From: an uncultured Acidobacteriota bacterium
Lineage (GTDB): Bacteria > Acidobacteriota > Vicinamibacteria > Marinacidobacterales > SMYC01
Assembly: GCA_964518945.1 (NCBI GenBank)
Contig: CAZFLB010000019.1
Coordinates: forward strand, 1-37,703
Length of the DNA: 37,703 nucleotides
Direction: 5' to 3'
In this document: positions 26,253 through 35,612 of the stretch, piece after piece
How the letters are laid out: each line of letters opens with the position of its first letter
Numbering within the stretch: position 1 is the stretch's first letter
Made by a program: the position numbers and the translations under genes
The notes under the pieces: model-generated
What the model was told of the DNA's origin: nothing
The model's database searches: none
What the model saw: only the letters and a program-made list of their open reading frames with translations

Positions 26253-28697
26253 TCATTGTTGTGCTGTGTTGATTTGTTCTGTTCCACCAAGTCGAGTCAT
26301 TTGAAATGCGTTGCTTTTTACAACACCGAGTATGAATGATGCAACAAGGTTGTCTTCTTCAGCAGCGTCTCGGATGATGTGTCGTATCGTTGGCATATCA
26401 AAGTACTCTACTCTTCGACCTAGTGCGTACGTTAACAAACTTTCGGTAAAACTTGTAATTACAGCATTGGAATGTTTCATTAGAGCATTACGTAATCCTA
26501 CAGGGCCGTCCATTTGAGTACCATCGTATAGTTCGCCGGAGGAATCGATAGGACTATCATCGCTGTCTTTAATACGCCACGCACCAGTAACATCGAAGTT
26601 CTCGAGTGCAAGGCCTAACGGATCGATTACAACGTGACACGACATGCAAGCTGGATTTGAACGATGGGCTTCCATTGCTTCACGCACTGTGAGTTTTTGG
26701 CCAACCACGGCCTCTTGAGCTTCCTCAAGGGTGGGAATATCAGGAGGAGGAGGAGGAGGAGGACTACCTAGGAGTACTTCCAGTATCCATTTTCCTCGCA
26801 TTACCGGAGATGTCCGATCAGCGATGGAGGTGAGTGTTAGAACACTTCCTTGACCTAGGATGCCGCGACGGTTTTCATCGTTTAGCTTGGTGTATCTAAA
26901 ATGACTTCCTGTAACATCATCCAATTGATAATGTCTCGCTAAACGTTCGTTGGCAAAAGTGTAATCAGCGGAAATGATATCGAGAATGCTTCGATTTTCC
27001 TTGAAGATATAGTTGAAAAACAGCTGTGTTTCCCGAACTAGGTCCTCTCCAAGTTTGTGATCGTATTGCGGGTATAACAAAGCGTCTGGATGTAAATTCT
27101 TTACGTCTTGGAGGCGGAGCCATTGCGAAGCAAACCGAGTGCCTAGAGTTTCCGAGCGAGGGTCTGTCAAGAGTCTTTTTACTTGAGTTTCGAGAGTGAT
27201 CGGATCATCGAGTTGTCCTGCGCTTGCAAGCTCTCTTAGTTCGTCATCTGGGACAGTACCCCAGATAAAGAACGACAGCCTTGACGCAAGTTCTGTTTGA
27301 GATATCCGGTAATTGGTTTGTTCTGGGGTTAGTTCTTGAGGAGCCTGTTCGACACGGAACACAAAATGAGGACTTGCAAGGATAGCTTGCAATGCATGGC
27401 GGATGCCATTCTCGAAACCTCCAGTTTGAGAGCCTATCCGATAAAAGGACATAATGCCTTCTATGTCGGTTTCATCGACAGGGCGCCGGTATGCTTTTTC
27501 CAATAGACGCGTGATGATTTTGCTTGCGCATGGAAGCTCATCGTTTTTAGAAGTTGGTCGGCACACGAAAATCTCACGTCGACTTGGTGTCTCCGACACG
27601 CCAGTTACATTGGTTGGCCCATTAATACTAAAAAATCGTAAATGAGGAAGTGTAGTCATTCCATGTGCACGACCGACTGTGGTGTCAGTAAGTGTGTGCT
27701 CAATCGGTGCCATTAAATCGTGAACAGGCCCATCCTCGTTTTGTATGAATGCTGCTGAAATTCGTTGTGGCCCCGCTTTCACTGTAACTGGTTCACTGGT
27801 CATGACCATGCCATTTGGGTCCTGCTCATGCATCAAGGGGTTAACGCTGAGGAGAGCTTTCCGATAGCCATTTATGGAGACTTCCAATTTTTCATTCTCT
27901 GCGGTTAACCCAAAGAGAAAACCTGTGGGTGTACTATGGAGTTGAATTTTAAAGATGTATTCTCCATCGGCTGGAAAGTGATGAATGATAGAGAGTCCGC
28001 CTCGAGTTCCTATCGGAGCACCTTCGACGTGTTCCATCTGTGATGCAGTACGCGGGATTTTATATGTCGCTTCAGTTGGACTTGCGTTGCGATCTCCGAC
28101 AGCATCCCGACTTATCTGACTAGCTGCACGCATATATCCTTCTAAGAGCGTCGCGGACATCTGTTGGACTTCGGAAACATTGTCAAAACTATTACTTACC
28201 GTGTCTGGAGGTAGAAAATCTTCGACCTTAACGTCAATTGAAACAAGGTCTTTGACTGAACGCTGATAGTCTGAACGGTTAAGACGTTGAAATGTCCGCC
28301 ATCCGGGATTTGGATTGAGCAAACTCGCTTCGTCCATGATTAATTCGAGCGATGTTACAAATTCTGTAATGGCTTCTGGCTCGGGTTGCGGAGCGATTGC
28401 TGGAGGCATCATTCCAGTTCTTATTTTGCGTATCATTTTCTCGGTGAGCTCTGCATTTTCAACGACGCGAGCTGCATCGAAAGACTCGAGCGTTAGTCCG
28501 CCGGTTTTTGCTGCATCACTGTGGCACATGATGCAGGTCTCTTCCACAAAGAGATTTAGGGACTCTGTTGAAAGTGTTGTTGATGCTTTGGTGGTTGTCG
28601 GAGCGGTCAGGATTTTGATTGATGATGGCTCAGTGTAAGCTAAGTTAGCGACACACAAAGAATAGACAACTAACATTCTTTTAGTTAGGGATCTCAT
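26253..28697 (-). CDS. PSD-type multidomain protein (DUF1587/1592/1595/1588/1585) with two CxxCH motifs, module B component 1
   Basis: A GGAG RBS is present. The motifs are CIMCH plus KIRTGMMPP, FQRLNRSDYQRSVKDL, ASPHFVFRVE, LASRLSFFIWGTVPDDEL, FASQWLRLQDV, RTSPVMRGKWILEVLLGSPPPPPPPDIPTLE and CMSCHVVIDPLGLALENFDVTGAWR. Confidence 0.85.
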   Translation of the reverse strand: MRSLTKRMLVVYSLCVANLAYTEPSSIKILTAPTTTKASTTLSTESLNLFVEETCIMCHSDAAKTGGLTLESFDAARVVENAELTEKMIRKIRTGMMPPAIAPQPEPEAITEFVTSLELIMDEASLLNPNPGWRTFQRLNRSDYQRSVKDLVSIDVKVEDFLPPDTVSNSFDNVSEVQQMSATLLEGYMRAASQISRDAVGDRNASPTEATYKIPRTASQMEHVEGAPIGTRGGLSIIHHFPADGEYIFKIQLHSTPTGFLFGLTAENEKLEVSINGYRKALLSVNPLMHEQDPNGMVMTSEPVTVKAGPQRISAAFIQNEDGPVHDLMAPIEHTLTDTTVGRAHGMTTLPHLRFFSINGPTNVTGVSETPSRREIFVCRPTSKNDELPCASKIITRLLEKAYRRPVDETDIEGIMSFYRIGSQTGGFENGIRHALQAILASPHFVFRVEQAPQELTPEQTNYRISQTELASRLSFFIWGTVPDDELRELASAGQLDDPITLETQVKRLLTDPRSETLGTRFASQWLRLQDVKNLHPDALLYPQYDHKLGEDLVRETQLFFNYIFKENRSILDIISADYTFANERLARHYQLDDVTGSHFRYTKLNDENRRGILGQGSVLTLTSIADRTSPVMRGKWILEVLLGSPPPPPPPDIPTLEEAQEAVVGQKLTVREAMEAHRSNPACMSCHVVIDPLGLALENFDVTGAWRIKDSDDSPIDSSGELYDGTQMDGPVGLRNALMKHSNAVITSFTESLLTYALGRRVEYFDMPTIRHIIRDAAEEDNLVASFILGVVKSNAFQMTRLGGTEQINTAQQ
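26743..26763 (-). repeat. Perfect (CCT)7 trinucleotide tract encoding the heptaproline of module B component 1
   Basis: The plus strand reads GGA x7 at 26743-26763. This is CCT x7 in the coding frame (GSPPPPPPPD). The paralogue in module A encodes the same PPPPPPP with mixed CCA/CCT codons (8844-8864). Confidence 0.9.
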
Positions 28698-28921
28698 TAC
28701 GTGTCTCCAACAATTAATAACATAAGAATCAGCATGGCAACACCGTTCTTTTACGGCTCCTTAAACATTTCCAGATCTTTGTATTATTTCTTAAATGGTC
28801 AGCAGAGATCAATCTGCGAGTAGTAATTATTCGAATTTTCTCTTATGTCAGATTCAAGGCTTTTTATCTTGGATTTCGGATTGAACTATACAAACAAAAT
28901 GACTCCACGGTAACAACGAGT

Positions 28922-30139
28922 TTATCGCCAAAACGCAGGTATTTTTGTCTTAGTGTCTTTTAGTATCTCGATCGTCTCTTCCCTTTTCGCTTGGGTGAGA
29001 AACTCGTAAAGACTTCGGTATATTTTATCGCGTACGCTACTTGGCAAGGTGTCGAAAGCTTTAGTGTAGATCATATAACTTAGGGGGTATTTGAATAAAC
29101 GAGTGCGAAGGTCGAATTCACGCAAAGACCGACCTTTTTGATCAAAAGGCCCTTTTGCGGAGAATGTTTCGGTGAACATTGATACACCTTTTAAGGGTTG
29201 TAGTAATTTTGCTTCCTCCTTGAACAACATGTAGCTCACTAACTCGCTGATTTCGGCGTTTAGAGTATCAATGCTTCCATCTCCGGCCGTCAAAAGACGT
29301 GCTGTCCAATTAAGGCGTGTTAACAAATTCGTCATTTGCGTCTGATGCTCTAGTGTCATCAGTGCGACGATGTCGCTTGAGCTTGTTGGGTAGGCAGTTG
29401 TACGCAACTGTCGTAAAAGGCTTATTAGATTTGGCACACCACCACTTCGAGGAGCGGTGGTGTCAGCAGGACCTCTTCTTGCAGTGTTTCCCCTATGGTT
29501 TTTGAGTTCGTTTGCGCTATCTACGAACCAACCGCCCCATCTCGTGGAGAATGGACTACGGTGATCGGTGACAATAGAACCCATTCGAAAGTCTGGCTTG
29601 CCTGAAGGCGTTGTATACATGGAGCTAACGTAAATTCCAGGAACTCCTAGAGTTGCGGGTCCTTGGTGACATGAAAGGCAAATTCTAGGACGTTCGAATT
29701 TGGGAGGCATTTCACTGTCAGTGCTCAATGTAAAAAAGACGGTGCCGAGTTTTGAGTCGACACTCGATATCTCGATCACACTGGCACCAGGAACAAAGCC
29801 TATTGCCACATCGTCATTAAAGTAGATTGCGCGCGGGGTCCGAGGAGATATGTGTGCACGCTGCAAGCTGTTTTGTGCAAATACTAGCGTTTGAGAATCA
29901 GCCCGGATGTCAAAAACTCTCATAAGGTTATGGAGATAGGACGAACCATCTGCTGAAGGAAGGAGTTTCTGTTCCCCGCTCTCAAGGCTAGATATAAGGT
30001 GGCTGACAGGGTTGTCGGCAGGAGTTGCCCAATATTGAATTGATTGGTGCTCAGCTGGCAAGTCATTCTTGTATAGTTGTGCTGGTTCGCTACTAGCAGA
30101 GAAAATCAGGAAAACAAAGCCAACAACGATGCCCAACAT
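28922..30139 (-). CDS. Conserved hypothetical exported protein with a single CxxCH motif
   Basis: The N-terminus is hydrophobic. The motif RICLSCHQGPATLGVPG is followed by TDHRSPFSTRWGGWFV. It lies on the same strand as module B, 224 nt upstream of it. No family name can be given from memory. Confidence 0.55.
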   Translation of the reverse strand: MLGIVVGFVFLIFSASSEPAQLYKNDLPAEHQSIQYWATPADNPVSHLISSLESGEQKLLPSADGSSYLHNLMRVFDIRADSQTLVFAQNSLQRAHISPRTPRAIYFNDDVAIGFVPGASVIEISSVDSKLGTVFFTLSTDSEMPPKFERPRICLSCHQGPATLGVPGIYVSSMYTTPSGKPDFRMGSIVTDHRSPFSTRWGGWFVDSANELKNHRGNTARRGPADTTAPRSGGVPNLISLLRQLRTTAYPTSSSDIVALMTLEHQTQMTNLLTRLNWTARLLTAGDGSIDTLNAEISELVSYMLFKEEAKLLQPLKGVSMFTETFSAKGPFDQKGRSLREFDLRTRLFKYPLSYMIYTKAFDTLPSSVRDKIYRSLYEFLTQAKREETIEILKDTKTKIPAFWR

Positions 30140-30241
30140 GGGGTAACATTACTTTAACTTAGCAAGCAGGTATAGGTTACATTTGCAAGTCATTTTGCAG
30201 TCCACTATGTATGAAGTAGATTAATTGCCATAAAGGCGTGG

Positions 30242-32629
30242 ATGTCGACATCGATGAAAATCTTTCAGGTCTTAATCGCCTTAATGTTGGCATGGAGTTT
30301 AGCTGTAACAGCCGGAGCAGGCGAATCTCAGGAAAGCAGCTCGAATACACAGTTTGTCAATGAGTATTGCTCCACTTGCCACAATGCGGAGCTTCAAGTT
30401 GGTAATTTTTCACTATCAAACGTGAATTTTGATTTGCCCGAGGCTCACGCAGAGTCTTTGGAAAAGGTGATTCTAAAACTGCGAGCGGGGATGATGCCTC
30501 CAGCAGGCGTCCCTCACCCCAAGGATATTGAGTCAGCAGCTTTTGTTGAACAGCTTGAGAAGAGTATTGACTTAGCAGCTTTGGTGTCACCGAATCCCGG
30601 GCGCCCTATCCTTCACCGACTGAACCGTACTGAATACAAAAATTCGATTCGTGATTTGCTCGACCTAGAAATAAATGTTGAATCGCTACTTCCACCTGAT
30701 GATATGAGTGAAGGGTTCGACAATATGTCGGATGTATTGACGCTTTCGCCTACGCTTTTAGATGGTTATATACGAGCTGCTGGCAAGATCAGTCGCCTGG
30801 CAGTAGGTGATGTGAGTGCGAGTCCTAGTGTTGAGACCTATATAGTGCCACAATCGTTATCTCAGTTAGATCATGTAGAGGGGACGCCGTTCGGAACGCG
30901 CGGAGGGATTGCTGTCAGACATAATTTCCCCGCGGATGGAGAGTATATTTTTCGTATCAACTTGTATCACAGGAGCCTAGGTCCTCTATTTGGAGATAAC
31001 AAGCCGGCAGAAGGAGAGCAGCTCGAAGTTTCAGTTAACGGAAAGAAGGTCGCGTTGTTCGATATCGACCGGAAAAGGCATACAACCGAGGATATCCGGA
31101 CTCCACCTATCTTTATTACAGCAGGTCCTCAAATGATATCGGCTTCATTCATTCGTCGGGCCGAAGGCGCGGTACAGGATTTCGTAATGCCGTTTGAGCA
31201 AGCGACGGCTGATCTAACAACAGGTAACGTGAAGGGATTAACTGGTCTTCCGCATGTTAAAACATTAGGTGTAGATGGACCTTATAAAGCTCGTGGCGTA
31301 AGTTCTATGCCTAGCCATGATAAAATTTTTACTTGTTGGCCAGCTAGATCTTCTGAAGAAGTCGCATGTGCTAAAACGATATTGTCACGTTTAGCTAGAC
31401 AGGCGTTTCGCCGACCAATCACTGATCAGGACTTAGTAAGCTTTGTCGCTATGTATCAAGTTAACCGTGATGGCGGCGGAGATTTTTATTCCGCTATCCG
31501 AGTGTCGATACAGGCAATTCTCGCTGATCCTGAATTTGTTTTTCGTTTTGAACGCACGCCACCAGATGTTACGCCTGGTGAGAACTACTTTATTGACGAT
31601 TTAGAACTAGCTTCTCGACTATCGTTTTTTCTCTGGAGCAGCGGTCCAGATGACGAACTTATTACTTTGGCGAGTAAGGGTAAATTAAGTGAACCAAGTA
31701 ACCTGAAAGCACAAACGCGTCGTATGCTTGCGGACCCGAAATCTATAGCGCTCACAGAAAATTTTGCGTCTCATTGGTTACGTCTCCAGAATTTGAAGGA
31801 TATTCAGCCAGATGTCTTTTTGTATCCAGATTGGGATTATAATTTGACTCAATCGATGCAAAAAGAAACGGTTCTGTTTTTTAATAGCATCGTTAATGAA
31901 GACCGGAACTTGTTGGATCTGTTGATGGCAGACTATACCTTTGTCGATGGCCGTCTTGCACTTCATTATGACATTCCAAATATCATAGGAAATCGATTTC
32001 GTCGCGTGTTTGTGGAGGACGAAAACCGTCGTGGTTTGCTGGGTCAAGCTAGCTTGTTAACTTTGACATCATTAGCAAACCGAACATCTCCGGTCATACG
32101 TGGTGCGTGGATTTTAGATGTACTACTTGGAGCTCCGCCTCCTACTCCTCCTGCAGATGTGCCAGCCCTTGAGGAGAATGAGCATGGAAAGAAGGTGCTG
32201 TCGGTAAGAGAGCGTCTTGAAACACATAGATCTAATCCTGCCTGTAGTGCTTGCCATGCCATTATGGACCCACTGGGGTATGCTTTGGAGAATTTCGATC
32301 CGGTGGGTGCGTGGCGGGAACAAGATGGAGGGAGCAAGATTGATCCTTACGGTGAGCTATTCGATGGTACTGAGATTGCGGGTCCGGTCGATCTTCGAAA
32401 GTTTTTGTTAGACAATAAGGTTTTGTTTGTTACTAATTTTTCCCGGAAGTTATTAATGTACGGTTTGGGCCGAGTGGTTAAGTATTACGATATGCCGGCA
32501 GTCCGGAAAATTGTTGATTACACAGCGAAAAATGACTATCGATTTTCGTCGTTTGTTTTGGGAGTTGTACAAAGTGTGCCGTTTCGGATGAGGCGAGCGG
32601 AGCCTCATATGGCCGTGACGGAACCGTAA
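30242..32629 (+). CDS. PSD-type multidomain protein (DUF1587/1592/1595/1588/1585) with two CxxCH motifs, module C component 1
   Basis: It has a signal peptide. The motifs are CSTCH plus KLRAGMMPP, LHRLNRTEYKNSIRDLL, ADPEFVFRFE, LASRLSFFLWSSGPDDEL, FASHWLRLQNL, RTSPVIRGAWILDVLLGAPPPTPPADVPALE and CSACHAIMDPLGYALENFDPVGAWR. Confidence 0.85.
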   Translation: MSTSMKIFQVLIALMLAWSLAVTAGAGESQESSSNTQFVNEYCSTCHNAELQVGNFSLSNVNFDLPEAHAESLEKVILKLRAGMMPPAGVPHPKDIESAAFVEQLEKSIDLAALVSPNPGRPILHRLNRTEYKNSIRDLLDLEINVESLLPPDDMSEGFDNMSDVLTLSPTLLDGYIRAAGKISRLAVGDVSASPSVETYIVPQSLSQLDHVEGTPFGTRGGIAVRHNFPADGEYIFRINLYHRSLGPLFGDNKPAEGEQLEVSVNGKKVALFDIDRKRHTTEDIRTPPIFITAGPQMISASFIRRAEGAVQDFVMPFEQATADLTTGNVKGLTGLPHVKTLGVDGPYKARGVSSMPSHDKIFTCWPARSSEEVACAKTILSRLARQAFRRPITDQDLVSFVAMYQVNRDGGGDFYSAIRVSIQAILADPEFVFRFERTPPDVTPGENYFIDDLELASRLSFFLWSSGPDDELITLASKGKLSEPSNLKAQTRRMLADPKSIALTENFASHWLRLQNLKDIQPDVFLYPDWDYNLTQSMQKETVLFFNSIVNEDRNLLDLLMADYTFVDGRLALHYDIPNIIGNRFRRVFVEDENRRGLLGQASLLTLTSLANRTSPVIRGAWILDVLLGAPPPTPPADVPALEENEHGKKVLSVRERLETHRSNPACSACHAIMDPLGYALENFDPVGAWREQDGGSKIDPYGELFDGTEIAGPVDLRKFLLDNKVLFVTNFSRKLLMYGLGRVVKYYDMPAVRKIVDYTAKNDYRFSSFVLGVVQSVPFRMRRAEPHMAVTEP

Positions 32630-32646
32630 CCAGTAGGAAAATAGAG

Positions 32647-34020
32647 ATGTTCATTTCAAAAAAGTGTATTTCGAGGCGGTCTGTTCTTCGTGGTCTTGGT
32701 GTTACTCTATCCCTTCCATTGCTGGATGCTATGGTGCCAGCGATGGCTCGATCCCGAGAGATAATGACAAATAGCAGAACGCGTTTTGCAGCTCTTGAAA
32801 TGGTGCATGGTTCGGCGGGAAGCACTGGTGAGGGAACGAGACTTAACTACTGGTCACCAAAAAAAGTTGGCCGAGACTTTGAGTTTACTCATATTTTGCG
32901 AGCACTTGAGCCTCATCGAGACTATGTAACGGTTGTTAGTCATACGGATATAGCTCCTGCAACTGCACAAACCCCAGCAGAAGCCGGAGCCGATCATACG
33001 CGCTCTTCAGCGGCTTGGCTGACTTGTGCTCATGCAAAGATGACAGAAGGAACTGATTTTTACAACGCGGCTTCAATGGATCAACTTTATGCTCAACAAT
33101 ACGGCCAAGATACTCCACTCCCATCGATACAAATGTGTGTCGAGGATGTAGGCTCGTTAACTGGAGCATGTGGTTATGGGTACAGTTGTGTTTATGCGAA
33201 CACTATCTCTTGGGCGTCTCCCACAACTCCATTGCCAATGGAACGTGATCCGCGTGTTGTTTTTGAGCGTTTGTTCGGTGATGGTGCAACTCCTGAGGAG
33301 CGTCGTCGTCGTCGCCAGACTAATTCAAGCATTCTTGATGGAATCCTCGAAAAAATAAACAGACTTAGAAGAGATTTGGGTGCGAAGGATCGCGCTCGTT
33401 TAGAGAATTATTTTGATGATGTTCGTGAAATTGAGCGCCGCATCGAAACAACAGAGCGAAGAAACGCATTGAAGAAAGGCCCCGATCTTCCTGCTGCTCC
33501 CATAGGCGTTCCAGATTCGTGGGTAGAACACGTTCGGTTGATGTTTGACCTTCAAGTCCTAGCGTTTTCGGCTGATACCACTCGGGTCTCAGCATTCAAG
33601 ATGAGCCGGGATGTTAGTTCGCGCGTGTTTACAGAAGGTGACATCAAAACACCATTTCACATTCTCTCACACCATCAGAACAAGCCAGACAAACTAGCCG
33701 AATTTGCAAAACTTAATGCGTTTCATGTCAAGCAAGTTGGCTATTTTCTCGACCGGTTAAAGAGTACGCCAGACGGAGACGGGAATTTACTCGATCACAC
33801 AATGGTTATGTATGGTAGCCCGATGGGAGACGGAAGCGTTCACAATCATCTCCGAGTTCCGCTTTTCATAGCAGGACATGCTAATGGGCAACTTAAGGGT
33901 AATCGGCACGTAATGTGTCCAGATGGAACTCCAATGGCCAACGTGCTCTTAGCGATGCAGCACAAGCTAGGGATGGACGTTGAGAGCTTCGGGGACAGTA
34001 CCGGCATCGTGGATCTTTAA
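32647..34020 (+). CDS. Tat-exported DUF1552 (HXXSHH) family protein, module C component 2
   Basis: The Tat leader is ISRRSVLRGLGVTLSLPLLDA. FHILSHHQN and GSVHNHLRVPLFIAGHANG are present. The gene starts 17 nt after component 1. Confidence 0.85.
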   Translation: MFISKKCISRRSVLRGLGVTLSLPLLDAMVPAMARSREIMTNSRTRFAALEMVHGSAGSTGEGTRLNYWSPKKVGRDFEFTHILRALEPHRDYVTVVSHTDIAPATAQTPAEAGADHTRSSAAWLTCAHAKMTEGTDFYNAASMDQLYAQQYGQDTPLPSIQMCVEDVGSLTGACGYGYSCVYANTISWASPTTPLPMERDPRVVFERLFGDGATPEERRRRRQTNSSILDGILEKINRLRRDLGAKDRARLENYFDDVREIERRIETTERRNALKKGPDLPAAPIGVPDSWVEHVRLMFDLQVLAFSADTTRVSAFKMSRDVSSRVFTEGDIKTPFHILSHHQNKPDKLAEFAKLNAFHVKQVGYFLDRLKSTPDGDGNLLDHTMVMYGSPMGDGSVHNHLRVPLFIAGHANGQLKGNRHVMCPDGTPMANVLLAMQHKLGMDVESFGDSTGIVDL

Positions 34021-34025
34021 AGACA

Positions 34026-35594
34026 ATGTGGATAAAACGGTCTCTTAGAATGTTTCTAACATTCCTTACTAGTTCAATCCTTTTTATTGCTGAGCCGGTC
34101 AGAAGCTCACAGCTTGTTTCCGAAGCAAAAGAAGGAAATATGAACGCCGTTCATACATTGCTACATGACAATGTTGATGTTAACGCTGCTGAGGGCGACG
34201 GGATGACAGCACTTCATTGGGCTTCGTTTCGTGATGATTTATCTCTCGCGATGCTCTTAATCAGTGCGGACGCACGAACCGATGTGACTACTCGCGTTGG
34301 CCAAATTACTCCCCTATTCATAGCAAGTAAAAACGGTAGTGTTTCTATGATAAAGCTGCTTATTGGTGCTGGAGCGGATCCAAATCGTTCAACCGATACT
34401 GGTGCAAGTCCTTTAATGGCGGCTTCGGCAGCTGGAGATGTTGAGGCTGTGGCAGCTTTAATTACTGAGGGCGCTGACTTAAATGCCAGAGAATCACATA
34501 ATGGACAGACGCCTCTGATGTTTGCAGCCTGGGAGAATCGCCCCGAAGTCATCTCGTTTTTAATGGAACAAGGTGCACATTCTGAATTAACTACATCGGT
34601 ATTGTCGCTGAATGAAGATAGGCTTGACGAGTATGGAAACCCGAGGCGCAGAACTAAGGGTTCGGAGCAGTCTGGTGGTAATTCAGCAATGGGGGGAATG
34701 ACAGCACTTTTGTTTGCTGCACGGGATGGAAATATAGAAGCTGTGAAAGCCTTGGTGGAGGCAGGAGCTGATGTTAATCACGTTAGCGGTGGAGATGCTT
34801 CAAGCCCAGCTGTTATCGCTATAGCGAATGGGCATTATACGGTTGGTCAGTACCTTCTTGATAAAGGAGCGGATCCGAACAACGCAAATCTGGATGGCCT
34901 GACACCTTTAATGGCAGCGGTGAACATGCGTTATGCTCCTGTTTCTTGGGCACCGAATCCCAGAACTGACCAAGAAGTTGTTAGTTCGCTCGATCTTATC
35001 CAAGCGCTTCTAGAAAGAGGCGCTGAACCTAATGCTCGAATAAAACGTAAGCTTTGGTTCAGTCCAACGTCTCATGATCGCGGCTGGGTTGATCATGATG
35101 GTGTAACGGCATTTTGGAGAGCAGCGATGTCAAGCGACATGGAAGCAATGCGTGTTTTGGTTTCCGGCGGAGCTGACCCTAATCTCATGTCAGACAAGGC
35201 AGCAACTCCCCTGATGGTTGCTGCTGGGCTAGGCTGGATCGGTAACTTTAGCCAGAATGCGCCTGACTCGTTTGTAGATGCAGTTAAGTATTGTCTCGAA
35301 CTGGGGAACGAAGTGAATGCTGTTGACCATAACGGCTTTACAGCGCTCCACGGAGCAGCCTCACGAGGTGATAATGCAGTAATTAAAATTCTCGTTGAGC
35401 ATGGTGCTAGGGTCGATGTTTTAAATAAGGATGGAAATTCTGTCGCAGACATGGCGTTTGGGCCATCTCGCTTTTTTATTCCACGACCGGAAACTGTTGA
35501 TCTTCTTGTCGAACTTGGGTCCCCATTTCAGAACAATTGCCGGTCGGATCAATGTGTCGACGGAAAATTTCTTGGAGCGCAAGTAGCTAAGTAA
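34026..35594 (+). CDS. Secreted ankyrin-repeat protein, module C component 3
   Basis: The N-terminus is hydrophobic. ANK repeats are present, e.g. DGMTALHWASFRDDLSLAMLLISADA and NGFTALHGAASRGDNAVIKILVEHGA. The distal motifs are shared with A and B, e.g. RYAPVSWAPNP and DMAFGPSRFFIPRPETVDLLVELGSP. The C-terminal Cys pair has different spacing (NNCRSDQCVDG). The gene starts 5 nt after component 2, and an ATG at 34050 is an alternative start. Confidence 0.8.
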   Translation: MWIKRSLRMFLTFLTSSILFIAEPVRSSQLVSEAKEGNMNAVHTLLHDNVDVNAAEGDGMTALHWASFRDDLSLAMLLISADARTDVTTRVGQITPLFIASKNGSVSMIKLLIGAGADPNRSTDTGASPLMAASAAGDVEAVAALITEGADLNARESHNGQTPLMFAAWENRPEVISFLMEQGAHSELTTSVLSLNEDRLDEYGNPRRRTKGSEQSGGNSAMGGMTALLFAARDGNIEAVKALVEAGADVNHVSGGDASSPAVIAIANGHYTVGQYLLDKGADPNNANLDGLTPLMAAVNMRYAPVSWAPNPRTDQEVVSSLDLIQALLERGAEPNARIKRKLWFSPTSHDRGWVDHDGVTAFWRAAMSSDMEAMRVLVSGGADPNLMSDKAATPLMVAAGLGWIGNFSQNAPDSFVDAVKYCLELGNEVNAVDHNGFTALHGAASRGDNAVIKILVEHGARVDVLNKDGNSVADMAFGPSRFFIPRPETVDLLVELGSPFQNNCRSDQCVDGKFLGAQVAK

Positions 35595-35612
35595 GACGGT
35601 TGTTTCTTCTAG

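Noticed and set aside
26213-26290. 26-codon N-terminal extension of the module B DUF1552 ORF, overlapping the upstream gene by 38 nt
   Set aside because: The internal ATG at 26212 is preceded by a well-spaced AGGAGG. It also yields a Tat leader that aligns with the start of the A and C paralogues. The extension has neither property.
5169-35594. The idea that the three triads are recent tandem or segmental duplications, or an assembly artefact
   Set aside because: The copies are separated by unrelated genes, lie in different orientations, and differ in length (587, 629 and 522 aa for the ankyrins). They also use different codons for identical peptide motifs. They are diverged paralogues, not repeats at DNA level.
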